This document shows positions 37,606 to 51,335 of a DNA stretch of 64,000 bases, piece by piece. The notes beneath the pieces were generated by a model. The model saw only the letters and a list, made by a program, of their open reading frames with translations. It was not told the origin of the DNA and ran no database searches. Location of the stretch: positions 25,172,001 to 25,236,000 of the forward strand of contig OZ024750.1 of NCBI GenBank assembly GCA_964016885.1. The letters are read 5' to 3'. The number at the start of each line of letters is the position of its first letter. Position 1 is the stretch's first letter. This DNA is from Eledone cirrhosa (lineage: Eukaryota). The position numbers and the translations under genes are program-made.

Positions 37606-38240
37606 TAATAATTGTTTCTACTTTTGGCACAAGGCCAGCAATTATCCCAGTGTATTGCTGGTAATTTATTTTATCAATAATTGTTTCTATTTTAGGCACA
37701 AGGCCGCAATTACCCAGTACATTACTGGTACTTTATTTTATCGACCCCGTAAGGATGAAAGGCAAAGTTAACCTCGGCGGGATTTGAACTCAGAATGGCA
37801 AGGGTCGTAACTCTATGCGTCAAAGCATGGTGTCCGACTCTCTACCGATACTGCCAATCCACATTTTATCAATAATTGTTTCCACTTTAGGCGCAAGGCC
37901 AGCAATTAACCAGTGCATTACTGGTACTTTATTTTATCGACCCCGTAAGGATGAAAGGCAAAGTCAACCTCGGCGGGATTTGAACTCAGATCGTAAAGGG
38001 ACGTAACTATGCTGGAAAGCATGGCGTCCGACCCTCTCAATAATGATAATAATTTAGGTACAAGGCCAGCAATTTGAAGGGGAGAGGAATGTCAATTAAA
38101 TCAACCCCAGTGCATTACTGGTGCTTTATTTATTGACCCTGTAATGATGAAAGGCGAGTTTTGATCTCAGAACGTAAAGGGCCGTAACTCTGTGCTGTGA
38201 AGCAGGGTGTCTGAAGCTCTACTGATACTGCCAATCCAAA
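37606..38240 (-). mobile_element. Cluster of four SINE family B copies/fragments
   Basis: Consensus bodies; attttatcaataatt shared at 37668 and 37863. Confidence 0.85.
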
Positions 38241-40019
38241 ACAATTAGTATTCAAATTTTGGCTTTGTTATCTAATTATCACTTGGAAAATTTAAGATGC
38301 TTTAAGATTTAAAGTTATTTCCTCTACTTCACTAGTATTTGGGTTTTTTCTTGTTGTTGTAATATATTTTAGCTGTCACTAAACAATCCTGTTGTTGTAA
38401 TATATCTTAGCTGTGACTACACATGGTTCTAGGTGGCGAATTGGCAGAATTGTTAGAATGTCAGATAGAATACTTTATAGTATTTATTCTGGCTCGCTGC
38501 TCTCAAATCCCGCCAAGCTCAACTTTGCCTTTCATCCTTTCGAGGTCAATAAAAAAAGTACCAGTCTAGTACTGGGGTCGATTCTTCCTCTATATCTCTT
38601 TCTCATTTCCTTTCTCTCACTCTCTATCTTTCTCTGGAAGAAATCTGCTGTACTCAGAGGGATGGGCTCTGCCAGGCTTAAAAAATACCCAAGTAACACT
38701 GTATGTTAGCACGGCACTCCTTTGACTATATCAGAAGTTACTGAACCATACATACATACATACACACAGTTCTGTTTGATTTTGTTTCTTATTTTCTCTC
38801 TGAGGAAATTAAATTAAACGAACTTATTACATTCATTAAATTCCTTCAATGAGTTTTTTTTAATTTTTAATCTGCAGTCTATATCAATATTGGAAGGAAA
38901 GCTTCCACCCGACCCCACCACCACCAACTGCCATCTTTCTTCAATATAAATTACTACATGGTTATACATGAATTTAGATTTTAAAATCTGCTGTCTGTAT
39001 CGATATTGGAAGGAAAGCTTCCACCCCACCACAACCCACTACCTGGCGCCATCTTTCTTCAAAATAAATTACTACATGTTATACTTGAATTACCACAAAA
39101 GATACTTGTATTTTTTTACAATAAAACATTCCACATGTTTATACATGAATTTAGATTTTAAGCAGACGTTTTTTTTCTCCAAATTTCCTAAATTTCCTTT
39201 TCTTGGTATAAAAATAAATATCCTAAATTATTTTAACTTCAGGCTTTTTTTTTCTTGAGATATTTCGTATTTCATCTACAGTTTTTTAAAAACCAACCAT
39301 TTATTTAGTTTGTTTGTTTGTTTATTTATTTTATTTATTTATATTTATTTTTATTTAATTTAATTTAATTTTATTTTATTTTATCCCTAATCTGTTGAAC
39401 ACCAAGTATGAGTAATAATATCAATTGAAGATCCTCTAAGGAAAGCCTGTGGAATTTCCTTTATTTGTCGGAATGTGCTATCTGCTGCTGCGCCATAGAA
39501 CCAGACTCCTGTTAATACTTGCAGCTAATCTGCATTTCTCTCTTTCTTTGTTTTTTTTTTTTTATTGTTTCTGACTCATTCTCAATACCTCTGACCCATT
39601 TTCCTGCCGTATACCGACACTGCATTGCCGTAACGGTGCATTGCTTGTTAATAGAATCTTTATGACAGGACTTTCACACATAAGGGATGGGTAGTGTTGT
39701 TTTTATTTTTCTGTTTTCTTTCTGTTCTTTCTTTCTTCTATAATATAAACATACATTCATAACTTCTATCTTCGGCATCAAAGTGGTTTTAGTTTATATC
39801 TAAATTGATATATTTGTTGCTATCCATTCTTTCAAATGGATCTATAAGAAATATATTTTCTATATTTTTAATATTTTTATGAGATGCAAAAGACAAGTCG
39901 GAACGATGCACACTGAAGCAGTATGCAACAATGCACATGATTTTCAGACGTGGAATTATTCATGCACTTTTAGACTATATAGTCTTACTTTAAATAATTT
40001 TCTGTTCTCTCATATATTT

Positions 40020-40265
40020 CATCATCATCATCATCATCATACATCTGCTTTTCCCTGCTTGCAAGGTGGGGAAGGGTCCTCTTCAGCACATCATCTCTCC
40101 ATTTGTCACGGTCCTTTGTCATCACATCATCTCTCCATTTGTCACGGTCCTTTGTCATCTCGTCTGTGAGCTTCAGCGATCTGACGTCAGCTCTCACAAC
40201 CTCCGCCCATGCTTTCCATGGTCGTCCTCTACTGCGTTTTCCTTCCACTGAGATTACCTGACACT
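40020..40265 (-). mobile_element. RTE subfamily B 3' fragment with internal 36-bp duplication
   Basis: EGKRSRGRPWKAWAEVVRADVRSLKLTDEMTKDRDKW; (TGA)n tail. Confidence 0.85.
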
Positions 40266-40669
40266 TATCATGGTGGTGGGGTCTTGATGAGATGATGGTG
40301 GTTGTGGAGGGGAAGTGGTCTTGATAAGGTGGTGGTGGGGGAATATTTAATCATATAGTTATACTTCGCAGTGAATTTTACATCTATATCCTTGTCGCTA
40401 TATATTTATTATACATAATTTTAGCTCTACTTTAGAATGTTGAGCACTCTGTCTCACACTGGCCATACCAATCTTACCAGTATGTAAGTTCCTGAAAATT
40501 GTATGGACACTGTCCACTTCTCTTCTGACTTTGAAACCCCTCTAACCCTCACCCTACCCCACTCCACCCAAAACCAAACAATTCCTACAACCTTGAAACT
40601 GTAAACTTAGTGTAGTGTCAGCGGTAGGTAGCAGGCATTGTGGCTGGAAAATATAGGTGAGAAAATATG

Positions 40670-41157
40670 ATAATGGTGGTGATGGGGGTCTTGATGAGGT
40701 GATGAGGGCAATGGGAAAGTGGTCTTGATAAGGTGGTGGTGGTCGTGTGGGGGTTTGATGAGATGATGGTGGTAGTGGTGTTGGGGAAGTGATCTTGATC
40801 ATGTGGTGTTGGAGGGGAAGTAGTCTTGATAAAGTGGTGGTAGGGCAAGTAAAGTCTTGATAAGGTGGTGGTGATAGTGAAGCCTTGATAAGGTGTTGGT
40901 GTTGGTGGGGATAGTGAAGTCTTGATAAGGTGGTATTGGTGGTGGTGGTGGTGAAGTTTTGATAAGGTGGTGTTGGTGGTGAAGTTTTGATAAGGTGGTG
41001 TTGGTGGTGGTGGTGAAGTCTTGATAAGGTGGTGTTGGTGTTGGTGGTGGTGAAGTCTTGATAATGTGGTGTTGGTGGTGGTGGTGAAGTTTTGATAAGG
41101 TGGTGTTAGTGGTGGTGGTGAAGTCTTGATAAGGTGGTGGTGGTGAAGTCTTGATTA
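40670..41157. repeat. GGT-rich minisatellite (aagtcttgataaggtggtg core)
   Basis: Repeated core with variable GGT runs; another piece at ~40270-40340. Confidence 0.9.
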
Positions 41158-41530
41158 GGAAGAATGAAATAAAGTATTTACTATTGTAGGATGTAGGAGA
41201 GGAGAGCAAGCAGATGTTACATCTGAACTTTAAATCAGTAGTTTATCAAATTAACTAGCAAACCAACATATCAGTCAACTAATTATTATTTCAGCACAAA
41301 CTTTAGTCAGTTGTTATTAATTTTCAGCTAAACAAATAACAGATGCCGTTTTAAAGCAAACATTATGAAGAAAGATAGTTTTCTCCTAAGTTTGCACTTT
41401 ACTACAGCATAATATCAATAGCTATAATTGTAGCTACATATGTTGTAGGCAATTATCACCTTATTTATTGGTTGTTAGTATGGTAGCTATTGTAATCATA
41501 CAAAGAACTAAGATATATTAAATGCTTTAA

Positions 41531-41751
41531 CCCTTTAGCATTTACATTATTCTATATTTAGTATTGTATTTTCACAGTAAAGTCTTTACCTCACATAATT
41601 ATTTCACATAATATCGAATCTATGAGATTTTGCTATTATTTATTTTGAGAACAATACCTTAATGTCAGTATGAGTGGCTGGTTATAGCGGGTTTGAACAG
41701 AAGGAGGTGAGAGAATTCTGGCTGGATACGGCCGGTTTAAATGCTAAAGGG
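41531..41751 (+). mobile_element. piggyBac-type MITE, intact ends
   Basis: TTAA TSD on both sides; 14-bp TIR CCCTTTAGCATTTA / TAAATGCTAAAGGG. Confidence 0.9.
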
Positions 41752-42374
41752 TTAAAGTATTAGCTGTTAGTTTGCTGGTTATTATAATAATGGTTTCTTC
41801 ATTGGCCACAAGGGCTAACATGAAGAAAAACATTACAGACGGCAAAGGACGGTACAGGACGATACAAAGTGGGTTTGGGCTGTGTAAAAAGGTTATTGTA
41901 ATAATACAAAGAGTTGAGGTATATGAAATACTTTAAAGTATCAGTTTTTAGTATGCTGGTTATTGTAATCATACAAAGAGCTAAGATATATGAAATACTT
42001 TGAAGTATTTTCACTGTATTTCTTCATTAATGCATTACAATTCTGAGCTAAAAAATGGACCAAGATTTTAAGGTCAATTTAATCAACTAAAGTTCCTCTC
42101 CTTCATAAGAACTGTCGTTTATATCTTGGCAGCAGATATCATTGTATTTAATCAATGTAGAGTTTATTCTGTACTACGCACATGTGGTTAGATTTTACAG
42201 GTAAAGCCAACTGGTAGGAGATCCAGGGGTAGGCTACAAGCAAGATGAGTTTCAACAAAAGCTAAAAAAAAACCTTTTCCAAGCCACCATATCAATGCTG
42301 TTTTCTACATTTTAATTTAGTAAAGATTTTATTTTTGCATTCAACAGCATAATCTAGTGTTGTTCTCTTTGGTC

Positions 42375-43075
42375 TTTGTTATATTATCCAGGTCTATGGG
42401 CTTCTAACACATCACTCCTTGGTGTTTGTATGTTATATTATCCATGTTTATGGGCTTCTAACACATCACTCCTTGGTGTTTGTATGTTATATTATCCATG
42501 TTTATGGGCTTCTAACACATCACTCCTTGGTGTTTGTATGTTATATTATCCATGTTTATGGGCTTCTAACACATCACTCCTTGGTGTTTGTTATATTATC
42601 CAGGTTTATGGGCTTGTAACTTAACTTTTCAATGGGATCACTTCTTAGTTTACCTAACGTAGAAACAATTATATTATCCATTGGTAGTGTCGGTAGAGGG
42701 TCGGACGCCATGCTTTGCAGCACAGTTACGTCCCTTTACGGACTGAGTTCAAATCCCGCCGAGGTTAACTTTGCCTTTCATCCTTACGGGGTCGATAAAA
42801 TAAAGTACCAGTTATACACTGGGATAATTGCTGGCCTTGTGCCAAAAGTAGAAACAATTATATTATCCAGGTTTATAGGCTACAAACATACCACTCCTTG
42901 GTGTTTGTATGTTATATTATCCATGTTCATGGCATTTTAACTTAACGTTTAATGGAATCATTCCTTGGTATACATTATATTGTCCAGGTTTATAGGCTAC
43001 GAACACATCACTACTTGTTGTATATATATTATATTATCCATGTTTATGGGCTTCTAACTTTTTAATGGGATCACA
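42375..43075. repeat. 57-bp minisatellite interrupted by a SINE B (~42680-42860)
   Basis: gttatattatccatgtttatgggcttctaacacatcactccttggtgtttgtat repeats; SINE flanked by duplicated attatattatcca. Confidence 0.85.
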
Positions 43076-43346
43076 TCTGTAAAATGTTATACTGAATCAA
43101 ATATATTCCACGATGACAATGATTTGGAAAAAATAAATTTTTAAATCTTTAAAAATTTTAAAAACTTTATTTTTTAACACATGAAATTTTATTTCGACTG
43201 ACATAAATACATTTGCCCATACATGTTTACACATGTGTATGCAAGTGTGTACATGTATACACACACATGCACATACACATCTCTTGCATCACATTCACTG
43301 TTGCGCTTGCCAATTCTCATTGAACAAACCTTATATGTATATATAT

Positions 43347-43677
43347 GGAGGCACATGGCTTAGTGGTTAGAGCATTGGCCTTGCAATCGAAAGGTTGTGA
43401 GTTCAATTCTCAGACTGGGTGATGTGTTGTTTCCTTGAGCAAGACACCTTATTTCACATTGCTCCAGTTTACTCAGCTGTAGAAATGAGGTGATAGGGAC
43501 CGGGGTCTATATCATTCCACTGCAAAGCGGTCGTGGAGGTGCCACGGCAAAAAAGCACCCAGCACTCACTGTAAATGAGGTTGGTGTTAGGAAGGGCATC
43601 CAGCTGTAGAAATCAAGCCAGAATCAGTTCCCGTCCCACCCTTGCAAGCAGGGAAAAAGCGGACGTATGATGATGAT
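43347..43677 (+). mobile_element. SINE family A, full length
   Basis: A/B boxes, tccttgagcaagacac, module, RTE-B-type tail; preceded by (TA)n. Confidence 0.9.
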
Positions 43678-43845
43678 TATATATATATATAGCCAATGAT
43701 TATATCTATACCTAATAAATTTATGCATAGCGATGTATGTAAGTGTCTGTCTGTGTGTCTGTGTGTCTGTGTGTGTGTGTGTGTATGTATGTGTGTGTAT
43801 GTAGATGTATGTTTAAGTATGTATGTATGAGTTTATGTATGCATA

Positions 43846-43893
<48 letters not shown>

Positions 43894-45069
43894 TACCCGT
43901 CCCACCCTTGCAAGCAGGGAAAAAGTGGACGTAAAATGAAATGATGATATATATATATATACATATATGTATTTTGTGCATGTGTGTACTTGTATATGTG
44001 TGTTTGTGCATGTGTGCACCTGTTTGAATGTATGTGTGTGTGTGAACTTGTGTGTTTGTATGTGTGTGTACTTGTTTGTGTGTGTGCATTTGTTTGCATG
44101 ACTGTGGACCTGTTTTTCTCTGTGTGTATGTGTGCACCTGTTTATACGTTTGTATATGTGTATGCACTTGTTTGCATTTGTATGCTGTATTAACTGCATT
44201 GATTTGTGACTTAGTCATACATTACCTTTGTCCTACATATTTCTATATCAATTTATTACTTGTAGCCTGCTCTGTTCCACCTCTTTTACAGCAATGTCAC
44301 TCTACATTCCAATCTCTCTCCCTTAATTTCATTGCTTACTTCCCAGCTCGGCTGCAACTGTTTGCTTTTTTTTTTATTATTATTATTATTTTTTTCTTTC
44401 CACATCAGTGATTCCTCTGCTCTCTCTCTCTCTCGCTCTCTCTCTCTCTCTCCAGCTCTACAGTTCCTTTTCCACTTAATCTGACATCAGTGGTCTCCTA
44501 GCAATGTCAATTATCTAGTTAGAACATTTATTTGATGTGAGAGATAGTTTGTATAGAAGAAATATTCTCTCATCAAAAGAAACATGTTGAATGAGATAAC
44601 TGAGAAGGAAGAGTGAAGGCATTAGAATTATACTATATATATATATATATATAGTTATAATAACATTATCATATTATACATATATAGATATTATATACAT
44701 ATATAAACATATATGTAGATAACATATATTATATATTATCATTAGTGTAGATGGATGTTTGATGATGATGATATATAGACATTATGCTATATATACAGTT
44801 ATTATAATATTATCAATAAATATTATATACATATATAAACATTATATTATACATCTATAGTTATTATAACATTATTGATATTATATTATACATATAAAGA
44901 TATAACATTATAGATATTAGTAATGTACTGGGTAATTCCTGACCTTGTGCCTATTATAGATATTATATCATATATATAGAGAGATATTGTAACATTATAC
45001 ATATATTTTATATATATATATAAATATTATAATATACATATATAGTTTTGAAGGAACAGTAAGGACACT

Positions 45070-45925
<856 letters not shown>

Positions 45926-46739
45926 ATATATATGTTTGGTTAGTGTAAGTTACATGTTTTAGGAGCCATCAACAGATCAATTACTCAGTGATGATTGCTG
46001 ATTATAAATGAATGTATAGGTTTGAAGTGAGGCAATCTGTAAATACCTTTTGTCGGGAGCCTGAGAAGTGTTTGAGACATGACTAGACATGTCAGGGAGG
46101 CATTGCTGTCTCACATACACATACTGTTATCTCACATACACACACTGCTGTCACATACACACACTGCTGTCACAAACACACACGCACATACATTGCTGTC
46201 TCACATGCACACACACATTGCTCGCTTGCTCTCTTTCTCTCTCTCTCTCTCACTGAATTAGTATTCCTTTTTATTTATATGTTTGTCAGAATTTGACGAC
46301 AGTGTTGATATTTGATTTATTACAGTTTAATGAACAATATGTAATACAATATACACTATTGTAGTTATATTGTAGTCATACCGTTTTACATCCATTTTAT
46401 CACTTTACAGTGTGGGCTGGGAGCATTTTGTCGTATAGGTGTCACAACAAAAAGCACCCAGCACTCACTGCAAATGAGGTTGGCGTTAGGAAGGGCATCC
46501 AGCTGTAGAAACCAAGCCAAAATCAGTTCTGTATGAGCAAGATATGGTCACTTGACCTAACACTGCCCACAACAGGACAACTTGTCTAACCCATGCCAGC
46601 GTGGAAAAATGGACATATAATGATGATGATGACAATATATATATATATGTGTGTGTGTGTAAGTATTTCCGTAGAAAAAGTAAAGAAAAGAATAGTGCTC
46701 TATGAACTGTACAGAGCTATTTAATTACATAATAAACAC

Positions 46740-46771
<32 letters not shown>

Positions 46772-47477
46772 TATCATTAAATACATTTTACAACCTCTGC
46801 TCTGCCCTTCGTTTTTTGTCTTACACTTGTGTTCCCTGAATTCTAAGTGTTTTTTCTGAGATCATAGGGTCCATGTGACAGACAGACAAAACATTTACTA
46901 CAATTATTATCATAGAAATTTCTGAAAACACCTTTAAATATTTGAACACATTCCAAAACCTTGGGAATCTAAGATATTTTTTCTAATAGAATTTTGCAAG
47001 TCCTTACTTAGCCCTACCTTACTTATAAGATCAGAAACTTTGGGAATCTAAAATATTTTGTTATCAAATTTCTCAAATCCTTAGCCCCCTCTCCCCCACT
47101 CCTTGTAAGGTCCATTGTGCATATCTTTTATATATTTTTAAATAATGTAGTTAGACTCTTTTGTTTGGAATTAGCAACTTTCTGATAATGAAGAAATAAT
47201 TAATGATCTTTTAGTGACATGTGAGAGTGCGGGGGGAAATAATGAAGGAGTGATAAATATTAAGTCCGCTAGAACAGGGACAGCTGTGTTATTATTCTAT
47301 AGAATTCTTGGCTTTCAATGGAATTTGTTGGCACACAATGAAATCAAATGAAGTCTTATTGAATGATTTCATTCTTCTTATTCTTTTATTACTATCAGAT
47401 TATCATGCTGTATAATGGTTGCATGGTTAGGAAAAGGTAAAAAAAAAAAAAAAAAGAATACACACGCTCACACACAC

Positions 47478-47842
47478 ACAGTTTATCCCCGGCAGTTGCG
47501 GTCCTGGTTATTCATGGAATTTTCCTTATATCCTACCTAATAATTGTTTGTAGAAACCACCACATATTCGCAGGATCGTAAATACCTTCTGCGATGTTTT
47601 TAATGGCTTTTTTCATGGCAATATATATTTTTTAACACTAAATAAAAATATACCGTATTTGCCGACCTATTGGAAGCCCATTCGCATAAGATGGTCCCTT
47701 TTTTAAAAAAAATTATATATTATGTTATATTTTGACATTTATAGGCATTTTTGTGGACCACGTCTAATATTTGCGGTTTTTCACTCTCCTTGGGTGATCT
47801 AGCAACGTAAGCCCCCCCCCCGATATGGGGGGGGGGGACTAA
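47478..47842. mobile_element. Tc1/mariner (Tigger/pogo-like) MITE remnant
   Basis: cagtttatccccggcagttgcgg ... ccccgatatggggggggact degenerate termini. Confidence 0.4.
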
Positions 47843-48474
47843 TATATATATATATATATATATATTTATAAAATGTCATTCCTTGCTGGTATAGTGTTAG
47901 AGCTGAAGACAAGTTTTAGAAAATTCCAATACTTCTCTCCCATCCAACACTTTTTATTTCATTGTATACAAGATAACTGTTATTAATATTTTATTGAAAT
48001 ATTAATCATAGGGTGAACAATGAGAAAAACTAATAGTGCGATTATTTTTTTTTTATTTCTATTTTATTTATTTTTATTATTCATTTATTTATTTTTTATT
48101 GCTTTTTGTATTTTTGATGGGTGCGGGGGGGGGGGGGGATAATTTTATTTAAGTTATATTTTTATAAATTGTAATTTTGTTTTTATTTCTTATTTTCTCA
48201 TGTGTATACATGATTGAGGAATGAGGTCAGCTTCTTAGAAGTGAAACCATTCCGACAGTGTCTAACAACTGTTAGATTTATTTATGGAAACCTATTCAAC
48301 AGACCTGGATGTTTTAGTGGTGAATCACCAACATTTTGTCATGATATAGATCTATCAGAACAACATCATGTTAACATGGATGCTATGTGATTTCGTTTTA
48401 TTAGAATTTATCTCGTTTGAAAGCATTGTATAGTTGTGACATATTATCATACATTAACTGATGTAAACATACAT

Positions 48475-49195
48475 CAGAGGTTCTCAAAGTGAGCGCTACC
48501 GTCTCCTGGGAGTGTGTTGTGAAGGTCCAGGGTGTGGTGGTGTGGGGGTAGAGGTAATATAATAGTATATTAAATATTGAATGATATATAATGAAGGCGC
48601 ATTAGCCTTGCAATCGAAAGGTTGTGAGTTCAATACTCGGACCGGGTGATGTGTTGTTTCCTTGAGCAAGACACTTTATTTTACATTACTCCAGTTTACT
48701 CAGCTGTAGAAATGAGATGACAGGACTGGGGTCCCTATCATTCCACTGCAAATTGGTCGTGGAGGTGCCACAGCAAAAAAAAACAAAACACCCAGCCCAC
48801 ACTGTAAAAGTGGACGTGTAGGCGCCACAGAAAAAATAAGCACCCAGCACTCACTGTAAATGAGGTTGGTGTTAGGAAGGGCATCCAGCTGTAGAAATCA
48901 AGCCAGAATCAGTTCCCGTATGAGCAAGATAAGGTCAGCCAACCGGACACTGCCCACAACAGGACAACCCATCTAACCCATGCTAGCATGGAAGAACGGA
49001 CGTAAAACGGTGATGATGATGATGATATATTATATATAAATGTAGTAAAATACATATTATATATTATATTATTTATTATATATTATTTACAATTTGTGTG
49101 AAGGCAGGTCTCTCTGGAAATAGGGGTGGGGTCACTGAGGGCATTACGTGACCGTGAGGGGTGGGGCGGTGGCCCAAGAAGTTTGAGAACCTCTG
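48475..49195. mobile_element. hAT-type MITE with nested SINE family A (48593-49025)
   Basis: TIRs CAGAGGTTCTCAAA / TTTGAGAACCTCTG; flanks match 7258-7597 inverted. Confidence 0.85.
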
Positions 49196-49407
49196 TCGTA
49201 CATTACATTAATTAATTGTTGACAATAAAAATTAAATTCCTCTGCTGTTTTGTGATCTACAAGACATTCTTGAATATATTTAAATTGTTTATTTAAAGCA
49301 AATGTTTGAAAACTAGAATCTGCTATAAATAGGAAAATAGGAAAATAACTATTTTTTTCTGAATTTCTGGTTTTTCATATTTTGTACATTAAACAGGTTG
49401 TGTTGTA

Positions 49408-50245
49408 TCATCATCGACATCATCATCGCTTATGTCTATTTTCCACGCTAACATGCGTTAGACGGGTTTTCCTATTGTGAGACAAACCAGATCAGGTAAC
49501 TGTTTCTTGCTCGTACAGAACTGTTTCTGGCTTGGTTACTATGGCTGGATGCTGTTCCTAATATCAACCACTTTACAGTGTGGACTGGGTGCTTTTTGTT
49601 ATGACACCTACACCACCACTTTACAGTGTGGACTGGGTGCTTTTTGTTATGACACCTACACCACCACTTTACAGTGTGGACTGGGTGCTTTTTGTCATGA
49701 CACCTACACCACCACTTTACAGTGTGGACTGGGTGCTTTTTGTTATGACACCTACACCACCACTTTACAGTGTGGACTGGGTGCTTTTTGTTATGACACC
49801 TACACCACCACTTTACAGTGTGGACTGGGTGCTTTTTGTTATGACACCTACACCACCACTTTACAGTGTGGACTGGGTGCTTTTTGTCATGACACCTACA
49901 CCACCACTTTACAGTGTGGACTGGGTGCTTTTTGTCATGACACCTACACGACCACTTTACAGTGTAGACTGGGTGCTTTTTGTCATGACACCGACATGAC
50001 CACTTTACAGTGTGGACTGGGTGCTTTTTGTTGTGATACTTGCATGACCACTTTACAATGTGTACTAGGTGCTTTTTGTTGTAACACCTACACAACCACT
50101 TTACAATGAGGACTAGGTACTTTTTGTCATGATACCAACACAACCACGTTACAGTGTGGACTGGGTGCTTTTCGTCATGATACCAACACAACCACTTTAC
50201 AATGAGGACTAGGTACTTTTTGTCATGATACCAACACAACCACAT
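49408..50245 (-). repeat. RTE-tailed element with 48-bp tandem array, about 14 copies (49568-50245)
   Basis: accactttacagtgtggactgggtgctttttgt(t/c)atgacacctacacc repeats; (CAT)n tail at ~49408. Confidence 0.9.
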
Positions 50246-50659
50246 GTATTTTAAATGCTAAAGTCTGAATTATTGACAGTTCTTTTGTCTAATACGGCTG
50301 GATTCCTTATGGTAAATTTTTTTGTTAAATTCTCATTTAGATTCTTTTACTTTATTCAATATAAAGAATCTTATGAAAGAAACAACAAATTATATTTTTT
50401 CAGTGATGATTTCTGATATATTTTTACAAAGATTCTTTACGTCTTCCATTTTTATAGATCAGAATGTAAAATAAAAGAATTTCTGAAGTTATGTTCATTC
50501 AGTTTACTGAATGAACATAACTTCAGAAATTTTAGAAAATTAAATTGTATTGTATTAAATATATACATTAAAAAAATAACATGTAATGGCAGTGCCCCAG
50601 CATGACCTCAGCCAGTTGGCTGGAACAGGCAAAAGAGTAAAATGCAGTTAATTGTGTTT

Positions 50660-50786
50660 AGACTTGGAACTGTCTACTTTAAGGTCCTCAGACTTGGAAC
50701 TGTCTACTTTAAGGTCCTCAGACTTGGAACTGTCTACTTTAAGGTCCTCAGACTTGGAACTGTCCACTTCAAGGTCCTCAGACTTG
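50660..50786. repeat. 30-bp minisatellite, 4 copies
   Basis: gacttggaactgtctactttaaggtcctca. Confidence 0.95.
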
Positions 50787-50992
50787 CATTGTTATAAATC
50801 AAGTCTTAGCTATTTGTTCATTGTAATGTTTTAGTAATTTATTACACTAAGATTCATATGAACTGTTCTGCTAAATAAATTCATTATTGTGAGGTTAAGT
50901 GAAATATTTGAGGTAAATTAGACAAACAAAATAATTTTGAGATTCTTGGATTATTAATGTATATATAATGTATATATAATGTATATATATAT

Positions 50993-51335
50993 GGAGGCAC
51001 ATGGCTTAGTGGTTAGAGCATTGGCCTTGCAATCGAAAGGTTGTGAGTTCAATTCTCAGACTGGGTGATGTGTTGTTTCCTTGAGCAAGACACTTTATTT
51101 CACATTGCTCCAGTTTACTCAGCTGTAGAAATGAGATGATAGGGACTGGGGTTCCTATCATTCCACTGCAAAGTGGTCGTGGAGGTGCCACGGCAAAAAA
51201 GTGCCCAGCATTCACTGTAAATGAGGTTGGTGTTAGGAAGGGCATCCAGCTGTAGAAATCAAGCCAGAATCAGTTCCCGTCCCACCCTTGCAAGCAGGGA
51301 AAAGTGGACGTAAAATGAAATGATGATGAAATGAT
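50993..51335 (+). mobile_element. SINE family A, full length
   Basis: Representative copy; 3' end matches the RTE subfamily B 3' end. Confidence 0.9.

Noticed and set aside
39430-39700. Unique, CpG-containing island with short ORFs and a small hairpin
   Set aside because: No convincing ORF, splice pair or recognisable RNA motif; cannot be supported without conservation data.
49472-50245. 257-aa and 210-aa repetitive Cys/His/Trp ORFs
   Set aside because: 48-bp unit is a multiple of 3 and open in several frames; derived from the retroelement module.
50993-51065. tRNA-like sequences with A and B boxes (many copies)
   Set aside because: No closed acceptor stem or poly-T terminator; they continue into SINE bodies, so they are SINE heads.
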